The notes under the pieces were generated by a model, which did no database searches, was not told the DNA's origin, and saw only the letters and a list, made by a program, of their open reading frames with translations. A DNA stretch of 64,000 nucleotides, from positions 26,117-90,116 of the forward strand of contig CAVWHV010000045.1 in the NCBI GenBank assembly GCA_963754725.1, written 5' to 3'. Position 1 is the first letter of the stretch. Every line of letters starts with the position of its first letter. Source of the DNA: an uncultured Planctomycetaceae bacterium. GTDB lineage: Bacteria; Planctomycetota; Planctomycetia; Pirellulales; Pirellulaceae. Both the position numbers and the translations under genes were made by a program. Positions 1 through 9,529 of the stretch are shown one piece after another.

Positions 1-2389
1 CACTGCCGTTCGTCGCGAGCACACAGAGGCTATTGTCTCCGGTGCGCAGATACGACGAGATGTCCGCTCGCGCGACCGCGTGGAAGTTGTCGCCTTGCAG
101 TGCGAGGCGGCCGTTCACCCACAATTGAAACGAATTGTCGGCCGTCATTTCCACCTGGGCGGCCGCCACGGGCCGGGTTCCGTCGAGGGAAAACACCCGT
201 CGAAAATATCGCGGTTGCGGCGGAGCGGACGATGCGGGATGGCCTTCCGGATACCAGATCCAATGCGCGCGAGAGATCGGATACTCGCGCGGGCCGCCAC
301 TTGGTCCGCAGCGCAGGTCGCCTCCAGACACGACTTCTCCGGATCCATACTTGCGCACCGTCACAGTGGCCGGGTTACGCTGGGCGCCCCAGATCTTCTG
401 CACGGTGTTCCTGATAGACTCGTCACACTGCGGGTAATCAGTCAAGCTGGGTGAACGCTCGGGTGGCGTTCCCACCACAGTCGCTCCGGCCGCAATCAGT
501 TCCTGAATCTTGCCCAGCAGGGCAGGGGTCATCGTGTCGAAAGCCGGCAGAACCAGCAGACGATAGGACGCGCCACCGGGAAAAACAACGCGGCCTTGAT
601 CCACCGTCGCAGAGGCGAGCAGCGTTTCAGGCGGGCAGCCATCGAAGTTGTAGCCGCGTCGATCGCCATATTCGCCGTCGAGCGCCGAAGGCGGCGCGCG
701 AAATACGTGCGGAGCGCCTTCGGGCGCCAGGTAGAGCACATCCGCGACCGGTGCACCGAGACGCAACATGGTCTGACAGCGCGCCAAGTAGTGGTGATAG
801 CCACCCACCATGGGCCACCAGGTCTGCGTGCGCTCCCAGTGCACACCGTACGGTCCCATGGTCATGCCAGGTCGTCGATCGAGCCAGGGCTGGTGTGCAT
901 AGCGATGGAACACGAGCCGATTGACGCCGGTGCAGAAGGCCCAATCGCCCTGATTCTTGAGCGTGGCGGGAAAGAACTTCCACGCTTCTGGAGCGGCAGC
1001 CGTGAACGCCTCGGCGGCCACGATCGGTCGGCCACTGGTGTGGGCCACCGAAGCCGCTTCGATACAACTGAACAGCGATTGGAAAACAAACTCCTGCGAC
1101 CAGAACTCACACATCGGCACGTCCGCCACCGCGCCGAGTGTCAGGTCGCCGCTGGGGTTCATGTCATACGGCTCAATCGACAGACCGAAACCGTGGCGCC
1201 GGCCCAAATCCCGCAGGTGCATCGCGTGCTGCTGAATCACCAGCTCCTGGGCCGTGCGGCGCACATCCCACAGGAACCGCTCGGACAGCTCGGGGCTCTC
1301 CACGATCCGTCCCGTCATCACCGGCAGATATTTCTTCAGCGGGTTGTATCCGCGGCGCCGCTCGAACTCCGCCGCAAACTGACCGCTCCAATTCTGCGCC
1401 CCCATTTCCCAACTGTCGATGTGCAACATGGTCCAGCCGGCCGTCCGTTGCGACGGTCGTGGCCCGATCGTCCGCAGCAGCTTGCCGACGAAGGCCTCAA
1501 AATGTGCGTCGAGTGCCGCCGAATCGAACTTGTCCGACTCCCACCCGAGACCCGGTCGGGGCGCCGGACGCGTATTGGCGCCGGTGGTCCGCCGGCCGAA
1601 TCGCAGGATAGTCCAGTTCCCGGGCGGCACGTCCCAGGCCAGGTGCCCGTCACCTTGCAGACGGTCGGTCAGCTCGATGACGTCCTGGGACCGCATGGCG
1701 ACTTCCGGGGACGCCCCCTCGTTGCGTGTCGGCGGCGCGATGTACGGTTTGACTCCCGGCATGGATGTGTAGGGATGTCGCAGATACAGCGCCTTCTCGT
1801 CGAGGTCCTTGATGCGGGCGGCGGCATCCGTCTGGGGCACGGCCAGCACGGCGACGTCGGCATAGAAATCTTCGCGCTCGCGGAGCATCTCGTCGGGCAG
1901 ACCCTGCGCACCGAAGTACGGATCGCGCGGGGCAGGGCGAGGCAGCACCGCATCAAAATGTGTCGGCCCGGTGACGTTCGTCTCCGACGCCACGAGGTGC
2001 TGCATCGATTGCTCCGCCTTGACCCACGGGCCTCCGCTGCCGGTCCAGCCGGGTCCGGCATTGAGCGTGATCTGCAGTCCCAACCGTTCCGCTTCCTCGA
2101 CCGCGTGGCGGAACAGTCCGCACCAGGCGTCGCTCATGAACGCCACGGGCCCGCGCGGGATGCCGACATCCACCTCCATGATGATCACGCCACCGATTCC
2201 GGCGGATTTCATTGCCTCCAGGTCGGCCGTGATCCCCTCGTGACTTAGATTGCCGTCGGAGATCATCCAGTACACCCACGGTCGCGCAGCATCAGGCGGC
2301 ACGGCGAACGATTGCTCGAGTCCCGACGGCATGGCCTCACCGCCGCCGAGGGCAGCGGCGATCACGACGAACCCCCACAAGACGCTCAT
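1..2389 (-). CDS. Secreted glycoside hydrolase, GH106-like (alpha-L-rhamnosidase type) with galactose-binding-like C-terminal region; 3' end lies beyond the window edge
   Basis: Absent from the ORF track because it runs off the edge. My translation of the minus strand from ATG 2389 stays open to position 1. It reads MSVLWGFVVIAAALGGGEA (signal peptide), then ARPWVYWMISDGNLSHEGITADLEAMKSAGIGGVIIMEVD, NAGPGWTGSGGPW, and later MTADNSFQLWVNGRLALQGDNF. The listed + ORF 596..2248 is its Arg-rich antisense shadow. Confidence 0.8.
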   Translation of the reverse strand, partial: MSVLWGFVVIAAALGGGEAMPSGLEQSFAVPPDAARPWVYWMISDGNLSHEGITADLEAMKSAGIGGVIIMEVDVGIPRGPVAFMSDAWCGLFRHAVEEAERLGLQITLNAGPGWTGSGGPWVKAEQSMQHLVASETNVTGPTHFDAVLPRPAPRDPYFGAQGLPDEMLREREDFYADVAVLAVPQTDAAARIKDLDEKALYLRHPYTSMPGVKPYIAPPTRNEGASPEVAMRSQDVIELTDRLQGDGHLAWDVPPGNWTILRFGRRTTGANTRPAPRPGLGWESDKFDSAALDAHFEAFVGKLLRTIGPRPSQRTAGWTMLHIDSWEMGAQNWSGQFAAEFERRRGYNPLKKYLPVMTGRIVESPELSERFLWDVRRTAQELVIQQHAMHLRDLGRRHGFGLSIEPYDMNPSGDLTLGAVADVPMCEFWSQEFVFQSLFSCIEAASVAHTSGRPIVAAEAFTAAAPEAWKFFPATLKNQGDWAFCTGVNRLVFHRYAHQPWLDRRPGMTMGPYGVHWERTQTWWPMVGGYHHYLARCQTMLRLGAPVADVLYLAPEGAPHVFRAPPSALDGEYGDRRGYNFDGCPPETLLASATVDQGRVVFPGGASYRLLVLPAFDTMTPALLGKIQELIAAGATVVGTPPERSPSLTDYPQCDESIRNTVQKIWGAQRNPATVTVRKYGSGEVVSGGDLRCGPSGGPREYPISRAHWIWYPEGHPASSAPPQPRYFRRVFSLDGTRPVAAAQVEMTADNSFQLWVNGRLALQGDNFHAVARADISSYLRTGDNSLCVLATNGS

Positions 2390-2411
2390 GGTTGTCAGCT
2401 CCCGATAATGT

Positions 2412-3779
2412 CTACCACTGCCACCCTGGACGATACGCCACACGAATCAGGGGATCTGCTTCGGGGGCGTTCGTGGCTTTCAGCTGGTCCGGATCCCACT
2501 CGAGTTTCTTACCCAATCGATAGGCGACGTTCCCCAAATGGTTGGCTTCCGTCAGCCAACCGGAATACTCGAAATTCGCGCTGGACTGGGTCCCCTGGCG
2601 GCACGCATCAAGCCAATCGGCATAGTGGGACGCCACGCGGGGCAGCGTCGGTTCGGGCGGCTGATAGCCGGCGAAGTCGGCTTCGGGAAGCAATTTGTAC
2701 TGGCCATAGTCGCACAGCAACATGCCTTTGTCGCCGATGAACAGATGCCCGTCGCCCCATTTCGGGATCGCGCCGCTCGTCCAGATCTCCGGTTTGTTCT
2801 CGCCCTGGTACCAGGTCATGCGGACCGGCGGCAGGTCTCCGCGCGCCCCGTACTCGTACGTAGCCTGCATGGAGGCGGGGGCGATTTCCGGATGCGGCGG
2901 CGGACCACTGGCTTCCACGGTCAAGGGCACCTGCAGTTTCAAGGCCCAGAACGGCAGGTCATTGAAGTGGCTGCCCAGGTCGCTCATCGTGCCGTTGCCA
3001 AAATCCCACCAGCGGTACCATTTCGGTCCGGGAAAATACACTTCGTGGAACGGCCGCTCGCGGGCCGGACCCAGCCACAGATCCCAATGCAATCCCTTGG
3101 GCACCGGCGTCGATTGTGCGGGCCGATCCTGCACAAACACGATGTCCCCGTTGCGTTTGGCCGCTTCTTCGCTCTGCCAGCCCCAGGCGCGCGAGGTCCA
3201 CACATGCACTTCGCGAACAGGTCCGATGGCGCCGCTCTGGATGATCTCCACGACACGCCGATAGTTCTCGCCAGCGTGGATCTGGATCCCCATCTGCGTC
3301 GTCACGTGGGCGGCGGCCGCTGCCAGACGGACCTGACGTGCTTCCCACACGTCGTGAGTCAGAGGCTTTTCGCAATAGACGTGTTTCTTGTGCTGGAGTG
3401 CCAACATGGTCGCCAGAGCATGTGAGTGCTCGCACGTGCTGACGACCACCGCATCGAAGTCTTGCGGTCGATCAAACAGTTTGCGGAAGTCCACTTCTTT
3501 GCGCGCCTGAGGAAATCGTTGAGCCGCGTTATCCAGGTTGTTCTCGTTCACGTCGCAGATCGCCACGATGTTTTCGGACGCGACTCCATCGGCATTCGCA
3601 CCACCGCGGCCGCCGGCAGCAATCACGGCAATGTTCAGCTTGTTGTTGAGATTCATCCCCCGCACGAACCCCGGTGCCGCCAGGACTCCGGCCGTGGCAG
3701 CCATCAGCGAACCGGTGAACTGGCGTCGTGTGAGCCGGGACAAAGGAAGTTGAGGAGCAGACCGAGCGGCAGGGTTCAT
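2412..3779 (-). CDS. Gfo/Idh/MocA family oxidoreductase with twin-arginine (TAT) signal
   Basis: Intact 455-aa ORF. N-terminus [23 protein letters not shown] is a TAT signal. Rossmann start [14 protein letters not shown], followed by VYCEKPLTH, typical of this family. Confidence 0.85.
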   Translation of the reverse strand: MNPAARSAPQLPLSRLTRRQFTGSLMAATAGVLAAPGFVRGMNLNNKLNIAVIAAGGRGGANADGVASENIVAICDVNENNLDNAAQRFPQARKEVDFRKLFDRPQDFDAVVVSTCEHSHALATMLALQHKKHVYCEKPLTHDVWEARQVRLAAAAAHVTTQMGIQIHAGENYRRVVEIIQSGAIGPVREVHVWTSRAWGWQSEEAAKRNGDIVFVQDRPAQSTPVPKGLHWDLWLGPARERPFHEVYFPGPKWYRWWDFGNGTMSDLGSHFNDLPFWALKLQVPLTVEASGPPPHPEIAPASMQATYEYGARGDLPPVRMTWYQGENKPEIWTSGAIPKWGDGHLFIGDKGMLLCDYGQYKLLPEADFAGYQPPEPTLPRVASHYADWLDACRQGTQSSANFEYSGWLTEANHLGNVAYRLGKKLEWDPDQLKATNAPEADPLIRVAYRPGWQW

Positions 3780-4060
3780 GGCGATGTCTCCAGGAGGGAT
3801 CTTCTACTCGATGTCGGCAAGCGGACGGGCGGGTGCATCGGTCGCAGTTCATGGGTGGGGCACCACCGGTTTGGCAGGTGGTGGCTCGAGGTCCGAACAC
3901 GGGCCGCCAACGAACTCGCCGCCGACCATTGTATCCGGTGCACCGGCCCGCAAGGCGCGTGAGGGTCGCATTTTCCCGTGGGCCCGGGTGTACAACAGCC
4001 TCGGCCGCTGGATAAGCTAGTAGAAGCCTGTTTTTTCTATTGGCCTTGGCATGGGGTGGT

Positions 4061-6586
4061 ATGACCATGAAAGCGATCCGCGTTGTCGCCCTTCTGTTGG
4101 TGTCTGGAATATTGGCCGGCGCGCTGGTTCCGCCTGCCTTCGCTCAACCTCGCGGGCGCGGCCCTCGGCCAAGCGGCGGCGGCGGCGATCGTCCGGCACA
4201 GGGTGGCGAAGAGAAGAAGTCGGAGATCAAGCCCTACGACGAAGTGATTACGAAGGAGGCGGTTTCGAAGCCGGGCCTGTTTCTGACCCATCAGGTCGGC
4301 GACAAACTGTATTATGAGATCGTGCCTTCCCGCTTCGGCAAGGACATGCTGTGGGTCACGCAGATTGAGCAGACACAAGCGGGCTTCAGTTACGCCGGCA
4401 TGCCGGTCGGCGATCGCGTGGTGCGGTGGGAACTGCGTGAAGAGCAGGTCTTGCTGCGGGACGTCAAGTACGCGATCCGCGCCGATGTGCAGGATTCGGT
4501 CCGGATGGCTGTGGAAGCCACGAGCATCGCGCCGATCATCAGGGCCTTGCCGGTCAAGGCTTGGGGCAAGGACAAATCCGCGGTCATCGAGGTAACAAGT
4601 CTGTTCACCAGCGACATGACGGAGTTCAGTCCGCAGCGCGAGTTGAACGCTTCGGGCATCGACAGCGCACGCACGTTCCTGGAAGAAGTCAAAGCTTTTC
4701 CGAACAATCTCGAGACCAAGGTCCTGGCCACGTTTCGACTGGGAGGTGGGCCGCCCGGAGAAGTGACACCGCGGAGAGCGCACCGGGGTACGTCGCGATC
4801 CCACGCAATCGGCAGTCACGGTGCTGTTGCACCACAGCATGATGATTCTGCCGGAGAACCCCATGACGCCGCGCGTGTACGACGAGCGCGTCGGGTTCTT
4901 TACAGTCGGGTTTGAGGACTATGGCGACATCGAGAACCACCAGGTCGAGAATGTGCGGTTCATCAACCGCTGGCGACTGGAGAAACAAGACCCGAATGCG
5001 GCCGTTTCAGAGCCGAAACAGCCGATCGTGTTCTACGTCGGCCGCGAAGTACCGGACAAGTGGAAGGAGGCTGTCAAGAAAGGGATCGAAGCGTGGCAAC
5101 CGGCTTTCGAAAAGGCCGGCTTCAAGAACGCGATCCTCGGCAAAATGGCTCCCGGCGTCCACGAGGATCCCAGCTGGGATGCCGAAGATGCCCGCATTTC
5201 GTCCATCCGCTGGTTACCGTCCACCACGGAAAATGCCTTCGGGCCGCACGTGCACGATCCGCGGACCGGCGAGATTCTGGAGGCGGACGTCCGGATCTAC
5301 CACAACGTCATGAAACTGGCTCGCGACTGGTATTTCGTGCAGGCTTCGCCGAACGATCAGCGCGCTCAGAAACTGCCTCTTCCCGACGAAATCATGGGCG
5401 AGCTGTTGACGTACATTGTGGCCCACGAAGTGGGGCACTCGCTCGGCTTCCCCCACAACATGAAGGCGTCCGCCGCGTACACCGTAGAGAACCTCCGCAA
5501 TCCGGAATTCACCAAGCTGAACGGCATCGAGGCGTCGATCATGGACTACGGGCGGTTCAACTACGTGGCCCAACCGGGCGACGGCGCCGCGTTGATCCCG
5601 ATCGTGGCACCCTACGACTACTTTGCTGTCGAATGGGGTTACCGGCCGTTTGCGTCCAAAGAAGAGGAAATCAAAGGACTGGCGGAACTGGTGGCCAAGC
5701 AGAAGACCGATCCCATCCTGCGCTTCGGCGACGCGGATCCGGGCGAGGATCCGACGCGACAGAGCGAGGACCTGGGGCGCGACTCCATTGAAGCCACACG
5801 CCTGGGTATGGCCAACATCGATCGCGTCGCCGAGTACCTCGTCGCCGCTTGCTGCAAACCGAACGAGGACTACAGTCTGCTCGAGAACATGTACACGCAA
5901 CTCTTGGCCCAGCGGAACCGCGAACTAGCCCACGTGGTCGCCATGGTCGGCGGTTTCGAACAGATCAACCTGTTCTTCGGCGATGCTGACCAGGTGTATC
6001 ATCCCATCCCGGTCGACCGCCAGCGCGAGGCTGTCGCGTTCTTGCTCCAACAGGCCTTCCAGACTCCCGCCAAGCTCATTGCTCCCCAGATCACGATGCG
6101 ACTCGAAACCAGCGGCGCCGCCGCCGGATTCTCAGCAACCAAGAGTCGCTCCTGCGGTCACTGATCAACGATGGACGGTTCCGTCGCATGTCCGAACATG
6201 CGCAGCGGACCGGCGGCGACCCACAGGCGGTCTACACCGGTGCGCAATTGCTGACCGATCTGACCAACGGAATCTGGGCCGAATTGGATGCCGAGAAACC
6301 GCAGATCGACCTGTACCGCCGCAACCTGCAGCGGAAGTACGCCGAACTGCTGGCCTCCCTGGTGAACTCCAACAACACGAGTTCGGAACTGTCCGGCCTG
6401 GCACGACTCCAATTGCAGTCGCTGAAAACCAAGATCGAAGTCAAAAACAAGGATACGGATCAATTGACCAAAGCCCATCTTGAACTCGTGGTGGCGATGA
6501 TCAATGCGGCGTTCGACACGCGCGTCGTGCAGGTCCAATCGGCTCCCGCCGCTCCCATGGTGCCACGTCGCGGTGACGGGAACTGA
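4061..6586 (+). pseudogene. Secreted zinc-dependent metalloprotease (met-zincin, DUF5117/DUF4953-like), two frameshifts
   Basis: ORFs 4040..4915 (frame 2), 4821..6164 (frame 0) and 6188..6586 (frame 2) read as one protein. It has signal peptide MTMKAIRVVALLLVSGILAGALVPPAFA, then TVLLHHSMMILPENPMTPRVYDERVGFF and the zincin motif IVAHEVGHSLGFPHNMKAS. Frame joins lie near 4745-4790 and 6105-6125. Confidence 0.75.
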
Positions 6587-6620
6587 GCCGCCCGCGGGAA
6601 TGACGGGCGTATCAATCTAG

Positions 6621-6732
6621 AGTGGTGAAAGGCCGGGAGAAACGGCCCACGTGACCGTTTTGATATCTGTTCCATCGGTGAACCTCCTCGCATCGACGGT
6701 TCACCTCTTTACCGCGAAGCGGTTACATCCCG
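6621..6732 (+). repeat. Copy R1 of a ~110-nt structured intergenic repeat family (other copies at 25602..25700, 25956..26063 and 43460..43567)
   Basis: Shared ends are GGTGAAAG(G)CCGGG and CCG(C/T)GAAGCGGTTACATCCCG. Central hairpin is GGTGAACC-tcctcgcatcgac-GGTTCACC. It lies between the convergent metalloprotease and kynB genes. Confidence 0.8.
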
Positions 6733-6834
6733 TAAGGTTGCCGGTTCCCATCCATCCGACGCCGAAGGCGTTTCACAAGGGTGCAGTTTCACAAGGGCTC
6801 AGGGCAAACGGATCGTCGTCGTGGTTAACTGTCA

Positions 6835-6992
6835 AACCCCTGCGGGCAACGCTGTGAAGCATTTCGTGCATTACTTTCTCGCACACAAAAAGCCCCTCAC
6901 CCTATCCCTCTCCCCGTCAAAGCACGGGGAGAGGGGACAAGAGCTCGAGGAAACGCCGTGGAGAATGCTCCACAGCGTTGCCCTTCGGGGTT
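6835..6992. repeat. Nested palindrome: 29-nt imperfect inverted arms enclosing a perfect 11-bp hairpin
   Basis: Arms 6835..6863 (aacccctgcgggcaacgctgtgaagcatt) and 6964..6992 match in about 24 of 29 positions as an inverted repeat. The inner hairpin is ccctctccccg (6906..6916) and cggggagaggg (6925..6935) with an 8-nt loop. Confidence 0.75.
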
Positions 6993-6996
6993 CGCC

Positions 6997-7027
6997 ATTG
7001 ATTCGTCATTCGTCATTCCGTCATTCA
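6997..7027. repeat. Heptamer array (GTCATTC)n, beginning at the kynB stop codon
   Basis: The + strand reads attgattcgtcattcgtcattccgtcattc. On the kynB sense strand this is GAATGAC repeats, and the TGA stop at 7025..7027 is part of the first unit. Confidence 0.85.
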
Positions 7028-7714
7028 CCCACGTCCGTCCCTGACCGAGTGCTGTCGTCCTACGGTCTCGCTTCTGGCATGGTGCGCAAGAATGGCGCGG
7101 ACCGGCGAGCCATCACCGCCGGTGACCTTGAGCGGCAGAGCGATCAGTTCATAGACACCGGGCGGAGGTTCCCGCAGGTCCAGGCCTTCCAGGATGGTAA
7201 TGCCGTTGTGGGCAAGTGCATGGTGTATGGGTAGCGACTGGCTGTCCAGCACGTCGACCGACGGAACGTCGAGCCCGACCAGGCAAATGCGCTGCCGACG
7301 GAGAAAATCCGGTACGTCGCCATCCATGACGGCGATCGAGTCGGGAAAACGGCTTGCATCGTCCCAGCCGCCGCTGCGCAACAACAACCGCGGCGTGGCG
7401 GACCAGTCGTAGCGAGCGAGGTCCTGCACGGTTATCGGCGACCGCCCTCGGACATCCAGCACTCGTGCAGGACCCAGATACACATCCAGTGGCACCTTTT
7501 CCATCGTGGCCCGTTCGCTGTCGAAGTGGAACGGCGCATCGGTGTGCGTCCCGGTGTGCGAACTCATCGTCAGGCAGCCGACGTTCACCGAGTCGCCTCG
7601 CGACTGCAACATCGTCCAGCGGAGTGAGAATTCCGCGTCACCCGGCCAGCCCGCGACCTGGGTATTCAGCGGCCATGAAATGTCGTAGATCTGCGGCACC
7701 GAATCAGCCTCCAA
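7025..7714 (-). CDS. kynB: Kynurenine formamidase (arylformamidase / cyclase family)
   Basis: Intact 229-aa ORF with a TTG start in the track. The metal-binding signature SSHTGTHTDAPFHF is present, and length and order match KynB. It sits directly downstream of kynureninase. Confidence 0.8.
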   Translation of the reverse strand: MEADSVPQIYDISWPLNTQVAGWPGDAEFSLRWTMLQSRGDSVNVGCLTMSSHTGTHTDAPFHFDSERATMEKVPLDVYLGPARVLDVRGRSPITVQDLARYDWSATPRLLLRSGGWDDASRFPDSIAVMDGDVPDFLRRQRICLVGLDVPSVDVLDSQSLPIHHALAHNGITILEGLDLREPPPGVYELIALPLKVTGGDGSPVRAILAHHARSETVGRQHSVRDGRG

Positions 7715-7724
7715 GGGGAGTGAA

Positions 7725-7756
7725 AATGACGAATGACGAATGACGAATGACGAACG
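7725..7756. repeat. Heptamer array (GAATGAC)n, left arm of an inverted pair in the kynU-kynB spacer
   Basis: aatgacgaatgacgaatgacgaatgacgaacg; complementary to the array at 7831..7888. Confidence 0.85.
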
Positions 7757-7830
7757 TAATCACGAAATGATGAAGCCGGATCGGTGATCTGGGCTGGTAG
7801 CCGGCCATGACGGGTACACGTGCCGAGCCA

Positions 7831-7888
7831 ATTCGACATTCGTCATTCTGACTTCATTCGTCATTCGTCATTCGTCATTCGTCATTCT
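7831..7888. repeat. Heptamer array (GTCATTC)n, right arm of the inverted pair
   Basis: attcgacattcgtcattctgacttcattcgtcattcgtcattcgtcattcgtcattctc. It starts 37 nt after the kynU stop, and on the kynU sense strand it reads GAATGAC. Confidence 0.85.
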
Positions 7889-7924
7889 CTACCCCAATTC
7901 TCACTCTCGTCATGCACTGCCACC

Positions 7925-9217
7925 TCACGGTATCTGATCCCGCACGTTGCGCAGGCGATGATGCAGGTTATGGCGGATGACACGCTCCATCACGAGCACG
8001 GCGTGGTAACAATCCTGGAACGAATTGTAGAGCGGAGCCGGAGCCAGGCGGATGATGTTCGGCGGGCGAAAGTCGGAGATCACTCCCAGCTTCCGGAGCA
8101 TGGCGGAAATGCCCCGCGCTTCGTCGTGCCGGACCGCCACATGGCCACCGCGCCGCACGTCGTCCGTGGGTTCGACGCACGCGACGCCCAGAGCCGACAG
8201 GCGGTCATCGATCACCCGGCGCAGAAATGCCGTGAGCTTCAGCGACTTCTCCCGGATGCGCGGCACGCCCGCCTCCTGGATCAGTTGGAGGGCACCTCGC
8301 AGCGAAGCCGCGGCCAGGATGGACGGTGTGCCGATCTGCAAACCGCCCGCCTGCGCCGCCTGCTGAAAATCGTTCGACATGGCGAACTGCTGGAGTTTGT
8401 CGCTGCCGAACCAGCCAGCCAATCCCGCCGGCCGGCCGAAGTGTCGCTTGTTCAGGTAGATCGCCGCCTGCGATCCCGGACCGCCATTGAGATACTTGTA
8501 AGTACAGAAGAACGCGAAATCCACATCGTGCCGCGTAAGTTCGTGCGGCACGACTCCCACGCTGTGCGAACAGTCGAAGCCGATGACGATCGAGCGGTCG
8601 TGAGCTGCCCGCGTCAGCCGGGCGATGTCCAGCAACTGACCGCTCGTGTAAATCACCGATGGAAAGATCGCCAGCTGCACGTTCGCATCCATGGCGGCAA
8701 TGATCGCGTCCTCGTCCAGCGTCCAGCCGTCTTCGCTCGGCACGCACCGCAGCTTCTCGGCCGGATCCCTCCCGACCAGCCGCAAGAAACTCTGCATGGC
8801 ATACCGATCGCTGGGAAAGCACAGCGAGTCCGTCAGAATCACGTCGGCCTCGACGTGCGGACGGTAGAACGTGGATAAGAGCTGGTGCAGGTTGACGGTG
8901 GTCGAATTCGCCAGCACCACTTCGTCCGGATCCGCACCGAGCAGGGGAGCCAACTGGGCACCGACGGATTCCGCCAGTCCGAACCAGGGCTGGTGAGCGT
9001 CCAGCCACCCGCCAATCGCCTGAGTCTTCCACTGTTCGATGGTAGCGGCGAGTGTCTCTTCTGCGGGCCGGCACAACAGTCCCAGCGAATTGCCGTCCAG
9101 GTAGATGTGTCCCCGCGGCAGATAGAACGCCCGTTGGAACTTCACCAGCGGATCGTCGCGATCCAAATCGCACGCGGAATATGCGTTCGGTTCAAAACGG
9201 TCGCTCAATGGCACCAA
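7925..9217 (-). CDS. kynU: Kynureninase (PLP-dependent)
   Basis: Intact 430-aa ORF containing YLDGNSLGL, FDCSHSVGVVP, CTYKYLNGGPGS (PLP-lysine region) and DFRPPNIIRLAPAPLYNSF, all characteristic of kynureninase. Confidence 0.88.
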   Translation of the reverse strand: MVPLSDRFEPNAYSACDLDRDDPLVKFQRAFYLPRGHIYLDGNSLGLLCRPAEETLAATIEQWKTQAIGGWLDAHQPWFGLAESVGAQLAPLLGADPDEVVLANSTTVNLHQLLSTFYRPHVEADVILTDSLCFPSDRYAMQSFLRLVGRDPAEKLRCVPSEDGWTLDEDAIIAAMDANVQLAIFPSVIYTSGQLLDIARLTRAAHDRSIVIGFDCSHSVGVVPHELTRHDVDFAFFCTYKYLNGGPGSQAAIYLNKRHFGRPAGLAGWFGSDKLQQFAMSNDFQQAAQAGGLQIGTPSILAAASLRGALQLIQEAGVPRIREKSLKLTAFLRRVIDDRLSALGVACVEPTDDVRRGGHVAVRHDEARGISAMLRKLGVISDFRPPNIIRLAPAPLYNSFQDCYHAVLVMERVIRHNLHHRLRNVRDQIP

Positions 9218-9361
9218 ATCCTATGCCACAAGCGTGTCGCCCGACGCGCGGCAGACCATGGCGGCGCGAGTGGATCGTGAAGGACTGGAAACTGCCGGCC
9301 GGGTGTGATCCGAGGGCGCACCCGAGCGCGCGGCAGTGGCCGGCGGGCTGCTCAACTCGAC

Positions 9362-9529
9362 TCACTCGACTCGGTTGGTGGAATCCTCCGAGCTCGTGTC
9401 GTGCAAGCCCGACTTGAACTCGGTGATGCTCTGGCCGAGGCTACGCATCACTTTGGGCAACCGATGGCCAAACAGCACAAATGCCACTAACGCGATGACC
9501 ATCAGTTCCAGATGTCCGATGCCAAACAT
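9362..9529 (-). CDS. tatA: Twin-arginine translocase subunit TatA/E (55 aa)
   Basis: Below the ORF-track size cutoff. Hand translation gives MFGIGHLELMVIALVAFVLFGHRLPKVMRSLGQSITEFKSGLHDTSSEDSTNRVE. It has the TatA pattern of an N-terminal TM helix, FG hinge and amphipathic helix. GGGAGAA sits 6 nt upstream of the ATG. Confidence 0.85.
   Translation of the reverse strand: MFGIGHLELMVIALVAFVLFGHRLPKVMRSLGQSITEFKSGLHDTSSEDSTNRVE

Noticed and set aside
596-2248. 550-aa + strand ORF, the longest listed ORF in the first 2.4 kb
   Set aside because: It is Arg/His-rich with no recognisable motifs. It lies exactly antisense to a clean GH106-like reading frame that the track omits because that frame runs off the edge. 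This is a typical high-GC antisense shadow ORF.
2538-3425. 295-aa + ORF inside the Gfo/Idh/MocA gene
   Set aside because: Antisense shadow of a well-supported gene, with Arg/Gly/His-biased composition.
4745-6125. Programmed ribosomal frameshifting as an explanation for the split genes
   Set aside because: There are too many sites (dozens), in unrelated gene families, in both +1 and -1 directions, and I could see no shared slippery heptamer or downstream structure. Indel error or pseudogenisation is far more parsimonious.
6997-7888. Could the heptamer arrays or R/S repeats be a CRISPR array?
   Set aside because: The repeat unit is only 7 nt in direct tandem with no spacers. The R/S units are dispersed or inverted. 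No cas genes are present.
7820-8878. 352-aa + ORF overlapping kynureninase; begins by translating the heptamer array (IRHSDFIRHSSFVIRHS)
   Set aside because: It is antisense to kynU. Its N-terminus is simply the open complement of the GAATGAC repeat.
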